Source: Eledone cirrhosa (taxonomy: Eukaryota). Taken from it: 64,000 bases of DNA. A program made the translations under genes and the position numbers. Positions 14,610 to 26,269 of this stretch are shown here, in pieces. The notes under the pieces are model-generated. The model was not told the DNA's origin. It did no database searches and was given only the letters and a program-made list of their open reading frames with translations. Each line of letters starts with the position of its first letter. Position 1 is the stretch's first letter. The stretch is taken from NCBI GenBank assembly GCA_964016885.1, contig OZ024741.1:379006001-379070000 (forward strand), written 5' to 3'.

Positions 14610-17600
14610 TTGGAAAAATTAGAACATTGTCGCCTCAAATGGACGCGCAATAATCAAGCCATGATTCGAGCTGAACAGTATGAGGGTTTGTATGATGCTG
14701 CGGCTGAAGGAGATTCAGTAAATGCCGGCCGGAGAATTGTTCTTCCTCCTTCAATCTATGGTTCACCTCGCTTCTACAGTGAGTGCTTTCAGAATTCGAG
14801 GAATGTGTTCGACACATGGGAAAGCCATCTTATTTCATCACGGTAACAACTAACCCTAACTAGGATGAAATAAAAAAATAATTTTCAACCTAGAAACCGT
14901 CGTGATATTTGCGCCAGTATCTTCAAGATCAAGTATGACAGCATCATGGAGGATATACTGAAAATAAATGTCCTAGGAAAAGTTGTGGCTCATTCTGCTA
15001 CAATAGAGTGGCAGAAACGAGGCCTCACTCATGCTCATATTCTGCTGATAATGGCTGAAAATAGCAAACCCAAAACTGCTGATGCCATTGATCAGGAAGT
15101 GTACTGTGAGATTCCTGATAAAGAGACCAATCCAATTCTGTATAAGATCATCACATCCTGCAACATTCATGGCCCATGTGGACAAGTTAATATGATGTGC
15201 CCATGTATGAAAGGGCTAGGACAACAACGCCATTGCTCAAAAAGTTATCCGAAGTCATTCAGACAAACCACATTTCTTGCCAAAAATTCCTTTCCGGAGT
15301 ATAGAAGGGATAGACAGCATGGTGGTCACACCCATACAATCCAACTTAAAGGTCAAGAATTTACTGTTGATAATCGTTGGATTGTTCCATACAACCCTTT
15401 CCTTCATTGAGATATCAGTGCCACAGCAATTTGAGGTTGTCCACAGTGTCAAGTCTGTTAAGTACTTATTTAAGTACACAATGAAAAGATCAGACAAGAT
15501 CACTTACACTATTAAGGATGATCAAAGAAATTGTGTCCATGCCCAAAATGAGATTGAGACCTATATCAATGCATAGAGAATCTATAAATTCCAATTACAT
15601 GATCGACAACTGCCAGTTGGAAATTTGCCTTGCCATTTACCTGGGGAGCAAATGGTCGTGTATGAGCGAGGGCAGGAAGAAAGTAATGTTTCTAGGGGAC
15701 AGCCAATGACTAAGTTGACGGAATATTTTCAACTGAATATTAGAGATCCACTGGCACAAAACATATTGTATATTTATATTTCTAAATATTTCACTTGGAC
15801 AAACAAAAAGTGGCAAAGAAGAAAAGAGGGACATCTGGATGGTGATCAACATTTTATGACTGAATCTCTTGGACGCATTCCAACAGTATCTCTCACTAGA
15901 CATCAATCTAAATTATATTACCTCAGAATGACCCTACATCACAAGACTGGATCAACTTCTTACAAAGAATTGAGGACAATTGAAGGAGTTGAAGTTCCAA
16001 AATTCCAAGAAGCATGCAGGAAAATTGTCTGTTAGATGAAGATGAAGAAAAAGACAAAGCTATGGAAGAGGCCTCATCCATTACGCTTGGTCCTCAGCTG
16101 CGAGAGATCTTCTGCACCATTTTATTGTACTGCATGCCAAATGTCCCTCTGCAGTTCTGGGAGAAATGGAAGATTTGTCTTGCAGAGGATATCATGCATG
16201 AACGTCGTGAACAAATCATGTCCATGCAAACCGTTCAGATTGTTCTACAGAAGAATCAACAAAGACTTCAGCATGATGGTTATTTTTCACAAAGTTATCA
16301 CCTCTGTAAATGAAAATGAAGGCAGAATTTTCTGCTTGAATGCAAGTGCAGGTACAGGAAAGACCTATGTCATAAACATCCTATTGGATTACCTCCGATC
16401 TAAAAAAAAATCGCACTTGCCGCTGCCATATCTGGAATAGCAGCCACTTTGCTTCACAAAGTTATAACTCTTCATTGCATGTGCAAGATTCCTATCAATG
16501 CGACTGCTGTATCAACTTGCTTCTTCACAAAGAGGGATGCCACAGGGACACTTATGCAGCAAGTTGACCTGCTAATCATTGATGAAATGTGTATGGGACA
16601 TAAGCATATATTTGAATGCCTTGACAGTAGCTTAAAATATGTTCAAGATTGCAAAAAACGATTTGGTGGTCTAACTGTATTACTATCTGGTGACTGGAAG
16701 CAAATTCTTCTAGTTGTACGTCATGGTGCTAGACCACAAATAGTTGACGAAACCATCAAGAGATCCTATCTCTGGGACTATGTGGAAACCATGGAGATGA
16801 CAACAAATCAACGGTTAATTAATACAGAGGATTCTTATGAAAGACTGTTTGCAAACTACCTTCTTGGTGTAGGAAATGGTAGCATTCCAACTGTTCCAAA
16901 TGCAGGTGCATTCACAATTCTTCTGCTAAATTAACTTTGTCTGGAATATGGTAATGTGTCTGGCCTGTGTGATTTTGTGTATACAAATCGTCCAGGAAAC
17001 TACACAAACTCACTATGTCTTGCAAATAGAGCCATTATCACTCCAACATATGATGCAGCAAGTTCCCTGGTCATGAAATAATCGACAGAAGCTCTGATAC
17101 CGTAAATAATGACTGCAATATCCAATTGATTTCATCAACAAACTTTCCCCATCAGGATTCCCAACACACATACTTAAACTGAAGAAAGGCAGTTGCATCA
17201 TGTTTCTGAGAAAACTGGATCCTCTAAACGGGCATTGCAATGGTACACGCTACATCATCATCATTAGTTTACAGAATCATGTAATTGAAGCTGAAGTGGG
17301 TCTCAATGCTGGAACAAGGTTGCTAATCCCAAGGATACCACATGTATCTCAAGAACTTGATTTCCATTTCACCTTTACACGCAAGCAATTTCCTGTCAAA
17401 CCAGCCTTTGCCTTTACATGCAACACGACACAATGGCAGACATTTGAAAAGATAGGTGTATATCTACTAACACAATTCTTTTCACATGTTCCAATTTATG
17501 TTGAATTTCACGAGGAACAAAAAAGAAAATATTAAAATATTAAGTGAAAGGGGTCTGTTTGCTGACAACTGTCTACAAAGAAATTCTACAGTGATGGGAA
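14610..17600 (+). pseudogene. Helitron Rep/PIF1-helicase (RepHel), fragmented
   Basis: GSPRFY, EWQKRGLTHAHILL (HUH motif), HGPCG, DNRWIVPYNP, KYLFKY, ASAGTGKTY (Walker A), IIDE, GDWKQIL, CNGTR, RKQFPVKPAFA; many frameshifts. Confidence 0.95.
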
Positions 17601-18018
17601 ACAGCTATCACTCTCTTTTAGTTGAAATGCATTTCAGTTTCTTTTTTAACTGCTAGAAAAGGGACACTAGAAAAACTTAAAAAGTATATATGTGAATACA
17701 GTAAAACAACAATGTAGCGAGGGTCAACTCTTCATATTGGTAAATGTAATTCATTCATACCAGCAGCATCTATTTTCAAATTCACTGATTGAAGCTTCCC
17801 ATCGACATTCTCAAGTGAAGATTCATGAATGTTTTCCATCAACGGTTTCATCGCTTTTCCATCTTTGTTATCGCTGTTTTTGAAATATATCATGGATTAC
17901 TGTACTGATTACAGAATAAAGTGTAACACAGTCTTTGTTCAGTATATGTGCATATTTTCAATGTACGTATTATATCTATGTGCATATATATATTTGGGTA
18001 TATCAATATATACATGCT

Positions 18019-18055
18019 AGCAGGAAAGAGCCCGAAGGGCTGTTCTTCTGCTTGT
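18019..18055 (+). other. Probable Helitron 3' subterminal hairpin and terminus
   Basis: AGCAGGAAAGAGCCC-GAA-GGGCTGTTCTTCTGCT followed by a CTAG-like end (CTTGT), ~450 bp after the helicase. Confidence 0.5.
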
Positions 18056-18073
18056 AACATTAATACAGATGCT

Positions 18074-18301
18074 GATGTTACATAAATCGTTTATTCATTA
18101 TAATTATTTCAATGGGTCCTAAAAGGGTCTCTCAGCCGTCGTGTTTACTCCATTAAACACGACGGCTGATAGACCCTTTTAGAAACTCATATGTCTGCTG
18201 GATGCACGAGCAGAAGACGTGTTTTTCTTGCCGGCGGCGTCATATCAGAGTATCGAGAACCATTCAAATAATTAGAAGGAATAAACGATTTCTGTAACAT
18301 C
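18074..18301. repeat. Nested inverted repeats (foldback)
   Basis: Outer arms 18074-18115/18260-18301; inner near-perfect hairpin 18119-18182. Confidence 0.85.
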
Positions 18302-18445
18302 AACAAATTTATTAGTGTTATTATTATATTGAATCTCCCTCATACCTACAAACTACGATGTTGAGAGCTTTCTCCTGCTTGCTCATATTTATACCAAAAC
18401 AATCTCTTCAGAACATATAAATATATATATATATATAACTCACCT

Positions 18446-18571
<126 letters not shown>

Positions 18572-18587
18572 TAGGAGGTGAGTTAAA

Positions 18588-18629
<42 letters not shown>

Positions 18630-18641
18630 AGGTGAGTTAAA

Positions 18642-18688
<47 letters not shown>

Positions 18689-18796
18689 AGGTGAGTTAAA
18701 AAAAAAAAATATATATATATATATATATAGGAGGTGAGTTTTATTGTAGCACAATACCCCATCTTTCTACATTATTTCAGTATATTTTATTAGCCA

Positions 18797-18992
18797 ATTG
18801 GTGGATTGGCAGTATCGGCAGAGGGTCGGACGCCATGCTTTGACGCATAGAGTTACGGCCCTTGCGATTCTGAGTTCAAATCCACCCTAGCTTAACTTTG
18901 CCTTTCATCCTTACGGGGTCGATAAAATAAAGTACCAGTAATGCACTGGGTAATTGCTGGCCTGGTGCCAAAATTAGAAACAAATATATTAT
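18797..18992 (+). mobile_element. tRNA-derived SINE, full length
   Basis: A box TGGCAGTATCGG, B box GTTCAAATCC, core GCCTTTCATCCTTACGGGGTCGATAAAATAAAGTACCAG (Meta/MESC-domain-like), ATT tail. Confidence 0.9.
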
Positions 18993-19139
18993 TCAATTTA
19001 CCCATTCTATGTCGTTAGCGGTCCACTATTTTTCTTCTTTTTTATCCTTTTTCCTTTCTTCCTTTTTTCTTTTTTAATTTCTAATCTTTAATCTGTAACT
19101 TTTACTTCTCAATTACTTCTTAATTCATATTATTACTCA

Positions 19140-20012
19140 GTATACACTGGGTAATTGCTGGCCTTGTGCCTAAAGTAGAAACAATTATTACACAGTATAG
19201 CATTTTCCTTATATTCTTGGCCATACAAACTATATTTTTAATATATACTAATATTACCATTAGTAAATTTTGTAAACATATATATTTTTTGACGTTATAT
19301 TTTTTCTTCCTTAAATTTTCTTCTTTCTTCTCTCCTTCCGTGCTCGTATTAAACCTATTATTTACTTTTACACATTACAATAAATAAAAACAAACTTAAA
19401 CCCTGACTAATTCCTCTAAGTTCATAATTCATTCAATCTCTTCTTCATTCACCTTATATCCTTAATATCTTTATTTTAATAATACATATTAATAAATTCC
19501 TTTTCGCACATATTATTAAACCCTTTAATATATAAACCTTAAATAAATACTATTCTTAATTCCTTTTTCTTTAATCATAAACATCACCATTCATAAACCT
19601 CATTAACTTTTAATTTCCAAATTTTTTTTTTTTAAATTATCTATTATCTTACAACGGTTTCTTTTCATTTCTCTATGTGAGACACTGTTTCTTAGTAATA
19701 AAAGGCTATCTGTATCTGTCTCTCACTCATTTCTCCTCACCTCGCATCCATCCTTCTTATACTCCACCCCCTGTCATCCTTTATTTTCTTTCTTACTATT
19801 CCTTACCTTTTCCTCCCCACCTCCTTTTTTTCCCAATCTCATATATCCATGTTACTTTATTTTTCATATGTTGATTTAACACTTCACTGCTCGCAAGTGT
19901 TTTTTAAGCTTCATATCATGTCTCCCCATTGTATCTGATGAAAACGCATGAAATTTGTTTTTAAAATGCGCATAATAAAATACATGGAACTCGTTTAATA
20001 ATCTTTTGATAT
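19140..20012 (+). mobile_element. PLE 3' UTR/pLTR remnant with degenerate HHR
   Basis: Homologous to ~52200-53175; CTGATGA at 19935, GAAA mutated. Confidence 0.6.
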
Positions 20013-20045
<33 letters not shown>

Positions 20046-20252
20046 AGTATGAAACACGTACATACATATATGTATACCGACGTACAGTAGTATGTATATA
20101 TATATATACATACATGCACACATATATATATGCACGTATGGATTCACCGAATATTTATTATAATGCTCGGTGTGTTTGTAAACAAACATCCCATATTAAG
20201 CCGTAGTGTCTAGCAACCACCGTTGCTCGTTTGTTCAACACTGACAAAGGAA

Positions 20253-20293
20253 TGCTGTACTAGTTTCAAGCTTGTTAGCTATCGTCAGCAACG
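20253..20293 (-). ncRNA. Type I hammerhead ribozyme, 424-bp family, copy 1
   Basis: Minus: CGTTG-CTGACGA-TAGCT-AACA-AGCTT-GAAA-CTAG-TA-CAGCA. Confidence 0.85.
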
Positions 20294-20677
20294 TATACCT
20301 TCCTGCCAGATTGTTGAACGTATATACTTACCTTATGCATATTAACGGCTGAGTAGCCCAATTTGCATATCGAGTGGGTTAATCGGCCGGGTGCACCGAA
20401 AACGATAAACGGAAAAAAATGAAACGATATTTCATTTCCCACTCTTAGTACGGCTGTTACTTAAATATAAGTATGTACACGTACATACATATATGTATAC
20501 CGACGTACAGTAGTATGTATATATATATATATACATACATGCACACATATATATATGCATGTATGGATTCACCGAATATTTATTATAATGATCGGTGTGT
20601 TTGTAAACAAACATCCCGTATTAAGCCGTAGTGTCTAGCAACCACCGTTGCTCGTTTGTTCAACACTGACAAAGGAA

Positions 20678-20718
20678 CGCTGTACTAGTTTCAAGCTTGT
20701 TAGCTATCGTCAGCAATG
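20678..20718 (-). ncRNA. Type I hammerhead ribozyme, 424-bp family, copy 2
   Basis: Minus: CATTG-CTGACGA-TAGCT-AACA-AGCTT-GAAA-CTAG-TA-CAGCG. Confidence 0.85.
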
Positions 20719-21099
20719 TATACCTTCCTGCCAGATTGTTGAACGTATATACTTACCTTATGCATATTAACGGCTGAGTAGCCCAATTTGTATATCGAGT
20801 GGGTTAATCGGCCGGGTGCACCGAAAACGATAAACGGAAAAAATGAAAAGATATTTCATTTCCCACTCTTAGTACGGCTGTTACTTAAATATAACTATGT
20901 ACACGTACATGCATATATGTATACCGACGTACAGTAGTATGTATATATATATATACATACATGCACACATATATATATGCACGTATGGATTCACCGAATA
21001 TTTATTATAATGATCGGTGTGTTTGTAAACAAACATCCCGTATTAAGCCGTAGTGTCTAGCAACCACCGTTGCTCGTTTGTTCAACACTGACAAAGGAA

Positions 21100-21140
21100 C
21101 GCTGTACTAGTTTCAAACTTGTTAGCTATCGTCAGCAACG
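21100..21140 (-). ncRNA. Type I hammerhead ribozyme, 424-bp family, copy 3
   Basis: Minus: CGTTG-CTGACGA-TAGCT-AACA-AGTTT-GAAA-CTAG-TA-CAGCG (G-U wobble in stem II). Confidence 0.85.
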
Positions 21141-21492
21141 TATACCTTCCTGCCAGATTGTTGAACGTATATACTTACCTTATGCATATTAACGGCTGAG
21201 TAGCCCAATTTGCATATCGAGTGGGTTAATCGGCCGGGTGCACCGAAAACGATAAACGGAAAAAAATGACACTACGGCTTAATACGGGATGTTCGTTTAC
21301 AAACAAACCGAGCATTATAATAAATATTCGGTGAATCCATACGTGCATATATATATGTGTGCATGTATGTATATATATATATATACATACTACTGTACGT
21401 CGGTATACATATATGTATGTACATGTACATACTTATATTTAAGTAACAGCCGTAGTAAGAGTGGGAAATGAAATATCGTTTCATTTTTTTCC

Positions 21493-21534
<42 letters not shown>

Positions 21535-21541
21535 ATATATG

Positions 21542-21745
21542 TGGAGCGATGAAAACAATTACACGCTAAGACAAAACTAATATTCTAATGTTCTTAACGC
21601 TCCACATAATGACGTATTTTCTTCGTTTTTTTCCGTTCCTTGAAGGGAACGTCTCCACGAACCACCTAATAGAATATTAGTCTACTACTTCATGTATCCC
21701 ATGAACGCGGTTTTGTCTTTGCGTGTAATTGTTTTCATCGCTCCA
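21542..21745. repeat. 36-bp inverted repeat pair
   Basis: TGGAGCGATGAAAACAATTACACGCTAAGACAAAAC (21542-21577) vs reverse complement at 21710-21745, one mismatch. Confidence 0.85.
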
Positions 21746-22038
21746 AATAATGACGGTTTTTTTTCGTTCATTGCCAAGGTACCTTTCCACGAACTAAAGT
21801 ATCGTCTTCCTGTCTTCCTTCGGTTGTAATGTACTTCTAAATATTTACTTCTGCGTTCACAGATTGATTTTTTTTTTGTTTCAGAAGATCCCGTTAAGTG
21901 TGAAAGCAGCGATTCTTTGCTTAAACTTTAATCTGTTATTTTCATAAATATTTTCTCTACGGTTCTTATATATTTGATATATATATAATCCTTGTCGAGC
22001 CCTCTTTGGATTTTAGTATTCAAATTTATTATTAGTAT

Positions 22039-22167
<129 letters not shown>

Positions 22168-23069
22168 TATGTGCGTGTGTGTGTGTGTGTATGTGTGTGT
22201 GTGTTTGCGTGTGACTGTGGCTGTGTCTATGTACTTATTTATTTAAACACAACACGATACTGGACTGGAGATATTCCTTGGAAGTTGTAATGTTTTAAAG
22301 TTCTAAAATCGTCATAAACATTTCGTATAGTTACAACTTTAAAATAATATCTCTCGTTCGGCCTATAAGTATATAAATTTTATAACAAAATTTAAAAAAC
22401 AAACAGCACAGTACATAAAGGAAATATATTAGTTTAAGGCTTGAAATGACAGGAAGGGAATCTTACCGTTTCAGTCACTTCTTTTTCATCAGAATTAGAA
22501 ATACAAGACAAATAGAAAGTAAAGATTGATGAGAGGAATGAAACGGGAAAAATGAGAAAAGGAAAGTGGAGAGAAAAATCACACGTGTGTAATCAGTCGG
22601 CCATATATATAAAACAAAGTTTAGGGTGCCGACCCAAATGTAATCAATCGCAGGTTCCATTCAATGAATATGTGCTACGCGTTCAAATACTGTACAATCG
22701 TGTCGCGTAGGTGTTTCTGTCTACCACACGATATTGAACGTAGTCTCAAAGCATGCTAAAAATAGAGCGACAAGCAGAGAATTTTATTCAGTATTTAATC
22801 ACGACCGCCTAAATAAAATGGCACAGATCTATAATATAAAACTGAATGTTTGTCGCTCAGATTCAGAAACGCTGAGAATTGAAGAAATATAATAGAAACA
22901 TTGAAATTTACAAAGAAATTGGTGTGTAAAATTGAGCTCTATGCGTGCTGCAAAAAGAATTATTCGTTTTTCTAAATAATTAAATAATACAATATGTTTC
23001 ATTCTTCTAATTTACATGGACCATTTCCTTTTTGTCTCACTTAAGCATTCTCATTTTACTATCATTCTA

Positions 23070-23590
23070 GGGAGGAGTAGTGGCAGTATTAGTAAAACGT
23101 CAGACACCATGCTTTGCAGCATAGAGTTACGTTCTACGTTCAAATCCCACCGATGTTACCTTTGCCGTTCATCCTTACGTGGTCGATAAAATAAAGTAGT
23201 GGTGTCTATTTTATCATCCCCCCCCCCCCCCAAAAAAAAAATAATTACTGAACTGAACTTGTGACTATACTAGAAATTATTCTCGCAAATATTAACTCAT
23301 CATTTCTTTCTTTCTACAACTCATTATTTTTTCTTTCACTGTACTGGGTAATTGCTGGCCTTGTGCCAACAGTAGAAACAATTATTTTTTCTTTCACTTT
23401 CGGTGAATTGGCAGTATCGGTAGAGGTTCGGACACCATGCTTTCCAGCATAGTTACGGCTCTTTACGGTCTGAGTTCAAATCCCATCGAGGTTAAATTTA
23501 CCTTTCATCCTTACGGAATCGATAAAATAAAGTACCAGTAATGCACTATGTAATTTACTGTCCTTGTGTCAAAAGCAGAAACAATTATGT
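23070..23590 (+). mobile_element. Two adjacent tRNA-derived SINE copies plus a tail fragment
   Basis: A/B boxes and GTCGATAAAATAAAGT core at ~23070-23280 and ~23400-23590. Confidence 0.85.
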
Positions 23591-24364
23591 TTTCTCCCAC
23601 TTTCTGTGTTTTTCACGTTTTCAATACCTAATTTTTACCCAGGCTCTCCTCAACATATCTGTACCCATACGTCTATACATCGATGTATAGGCATAATCAG
23701 CAAAGGCATGAGGTATATATGCATGCGTGTTGTATGCACACACACGCACATCAACTATTTCCCGTTCTCTTTTTCTCTCCTTTCCTCTCTCTCTCCCTCT
23801 CACGTATACGCTCTTTCGCCAGCTCCTCTACTACTTCCGTTTCTCTCGTCTCTGCCTCTTTTCGCCTACTCCCGCCGAGGTTAGATTTGTTATTCTTCGC
23901 TCTCCCTATCTCGCTGTCAATAAAGCCTCGGACTTATATTCAGTAGCTGGTTTGAATTATCTCTATCTCTCTCGCTCTCTCTCTCCCTCTCTCTCTTAAT
24001 CTATCTATCTCTAACTCTCTCTCCCTGTTACTTACATACATGCGCTCCTGCCCCCCCCCCCGTATTCCGTATGTTCACTGCGTTTTATTTTCCCTTTTGT
24101 TTAATATTTTCTTCTCTCGCCTTTTTTCCTTCCCTCACATTTTCACAAGTTATTGACACACTGGAGTTAGATATATTGTCTTTAATGCGTTGAAATGAAA
24201 TATCTCTGATATCCAGCAGACAATTGAAGAAGGGATTGACCCGATTCCATCAAAACAATTACAATAGGGTGCCATAATCCCTATTCTCTAGTATGGTGAC
24301 ATGAGAAATTGTTTTAATTATAGGAGTTTTACCAGTAATATCTTCGCTTTCCTAACACAGAATA

Positions 24365-24546
24365 AAATAATTGTTTCTACTTTAGGCACAAGGCCAGCAA
24401 TTACCCAGTGCATTACTGGTACTTTATTTTATCGACCCCGTACGGATGAAAGGCAAAGTCAACCTCGGCGGGATTTGAACTCAGATCGTAAAGGGACGTA
24501 ACTATGCTGGAAAGCATGGCGTCCGACCCTCTACCGATACTGCCAA
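24365..24546 (-). mobile_element. tRNA-derived SINE
   Basis: Reverse complement of the 18797 family, A and B boxes present. Confidence 0.9.
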
Positions 24547-25844
24547 AAATAATGCAAATGTACCGCAGATGTGGAATTATCACTCGATAAGGAAAATCGA
24601 CAATCCAAGATTTGGTTATGTATATACACATGAAATTATGGATGCATCTAGGTTTCGATTGTTGCCGTCCAGGTGACACGAAAATAATTGTTTTCTTTTC
24701 AAGGATTTAGATTCTCTTATTTATATGCTGCAACGAAAGATTGAGCAAACGGCCACGCTAAGGCAAATTAGTCGTAAGTTATTTAGATCAAGGGAGGCCT
24801 GTTGTTTGAAGTTTTTTCATAAGGAATAAAGGTCATGCATTGGACTATCGCACACTCAGAACGACGGCGACGGGCATCCAAATAGAACAGGTGAAACTCC
24901 TTGGCTTCTATCAAGTCATATATTTTAAATCAGCTTTCTTTTTCCTAGAAGATGCCCTAACCATAAGTAAGGGTTTCTCGCTCCTGATGTGCTAACCTGG
25001 TATCTTCCGAGTAACAAACTCAGTATGTCTATGTGTACGCACATACATATAAACATATATACATACATAATACTTACATGCCTACATACATACATGCATA
25101 TATATGTATATACATACATATCAGTCATAACGAATATGAAGCGAAACATCATTGTTCGATAATAAATTCGTCAATATTCCATGTGGCATGAGAAACGAAT
25201 ATAATGGTATGCAGTGTGTTATAAGTTGTTTTTACTTTTTTCTACAATGCAAAAGCAGGTGAGACATAAATAATAGGCATAGATATTTGCATAAATTGAA
25301 TAAGAAAGAAATAAGAATGACAAAAATAATAACTTGAGAGGTTGGTATATATTTTTTATATGAGTAGTGTTATAAAAATATAAATATAATGCTACGTATT
25401 GTTCGTAACAACCCTCGCGGCGTGCTACGCAATGAGGAATCCACAGGTAATATGAGTTACACTTTATATTTTAGGTCTAAAATACACTCTATGTTAAAAG
25501 GATGTAGAGGTGATGAGAAAATAACGATATAATGATAGAGAAAAATATGTAGCTAAGATTATCTGAGATACGCTTTAACTCAACAAGTTAGACCAATTTA
25601 GATTATCACAGCAAATGTGAGCAGCTAATAATTTGTCTAAATTCTGTTTAATAGCTTTATAACATTTTTATATTATTAACATATATATTATCTTTAGTGA
25701 GTCATATTCACTCCTTATACTGAACTAAATATCCCCTGTTAGCTAAATACACCCCCCCCCCCCACACACATATATATATATATTAGGAAAATGCGACGTT
25801 TGTAGTAGATGTTAAGGCGTACTTTATAAATGTTTTTTGATTTA

Positions 25845-25935
25845 GACACAAGGCCAGAAATTACTGGTACTTTATTTTATCGACCACGTAAGGATGAAAG
25901 CAAAGTTAACCTTGGCGGGATTTGAACTCAGAGTC
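25845..25935 (-). mobile_element. SINE fragment
   Basis: ACTGGTACTTTATTTTATCGACC...GGATTTGAACTCAG. Confidence 0.8.
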
Positions 25936-26269
25936 ATTTAATAATAAAGCCGTGTTACATATTTCATTGACGATCGTGGCCATTTGATTTTATGTTTGAC
26001 CAAAACACCCACTGCACTGTGAATGTAACTGAAATCAATATAATTAGTCTCCTCTACTCTATTTCCATTTCGACCAATTTCACATATTCTTTCCTTGTAT
26101 TTCTTTATTACATTTTGAATCTATATATAGTCTTATTTGTAATTATTAATTTGATTCACTGGGATATAAACCACTTGATTATATAATTATTACGTTCTAT
26201 AGTTTAAATATATCTGCTATTCATCATTACGCTGCCTGTATTTTCCAGTCTGGCTTCATAGTAAGCTGA

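Larger units (their letters stand above)
20047..21497 (-). mobile_element. Retrozyme-like tandem array, ~424-bp unit (about 3 copies) plus inverted truncated copy at 21269-21497
   Basis: HHR spacing 425 and 422 bp; non-coding; TA tracts on both sides; further copies at 14455-14608 and 40871-41492. Confidence 0.85.

Noticed and set aside
18797-18890. tRNA genes at A/B-box sites
   Set aside because: No cloverleaf; always followed by the SINE core and tail
24690-25030. Cluster of splice-like signals with a short open frame DLDSLIYMLQRKIEQ
   Set aside because: Implied introns are only 30-60 nt and joined frames hit stops
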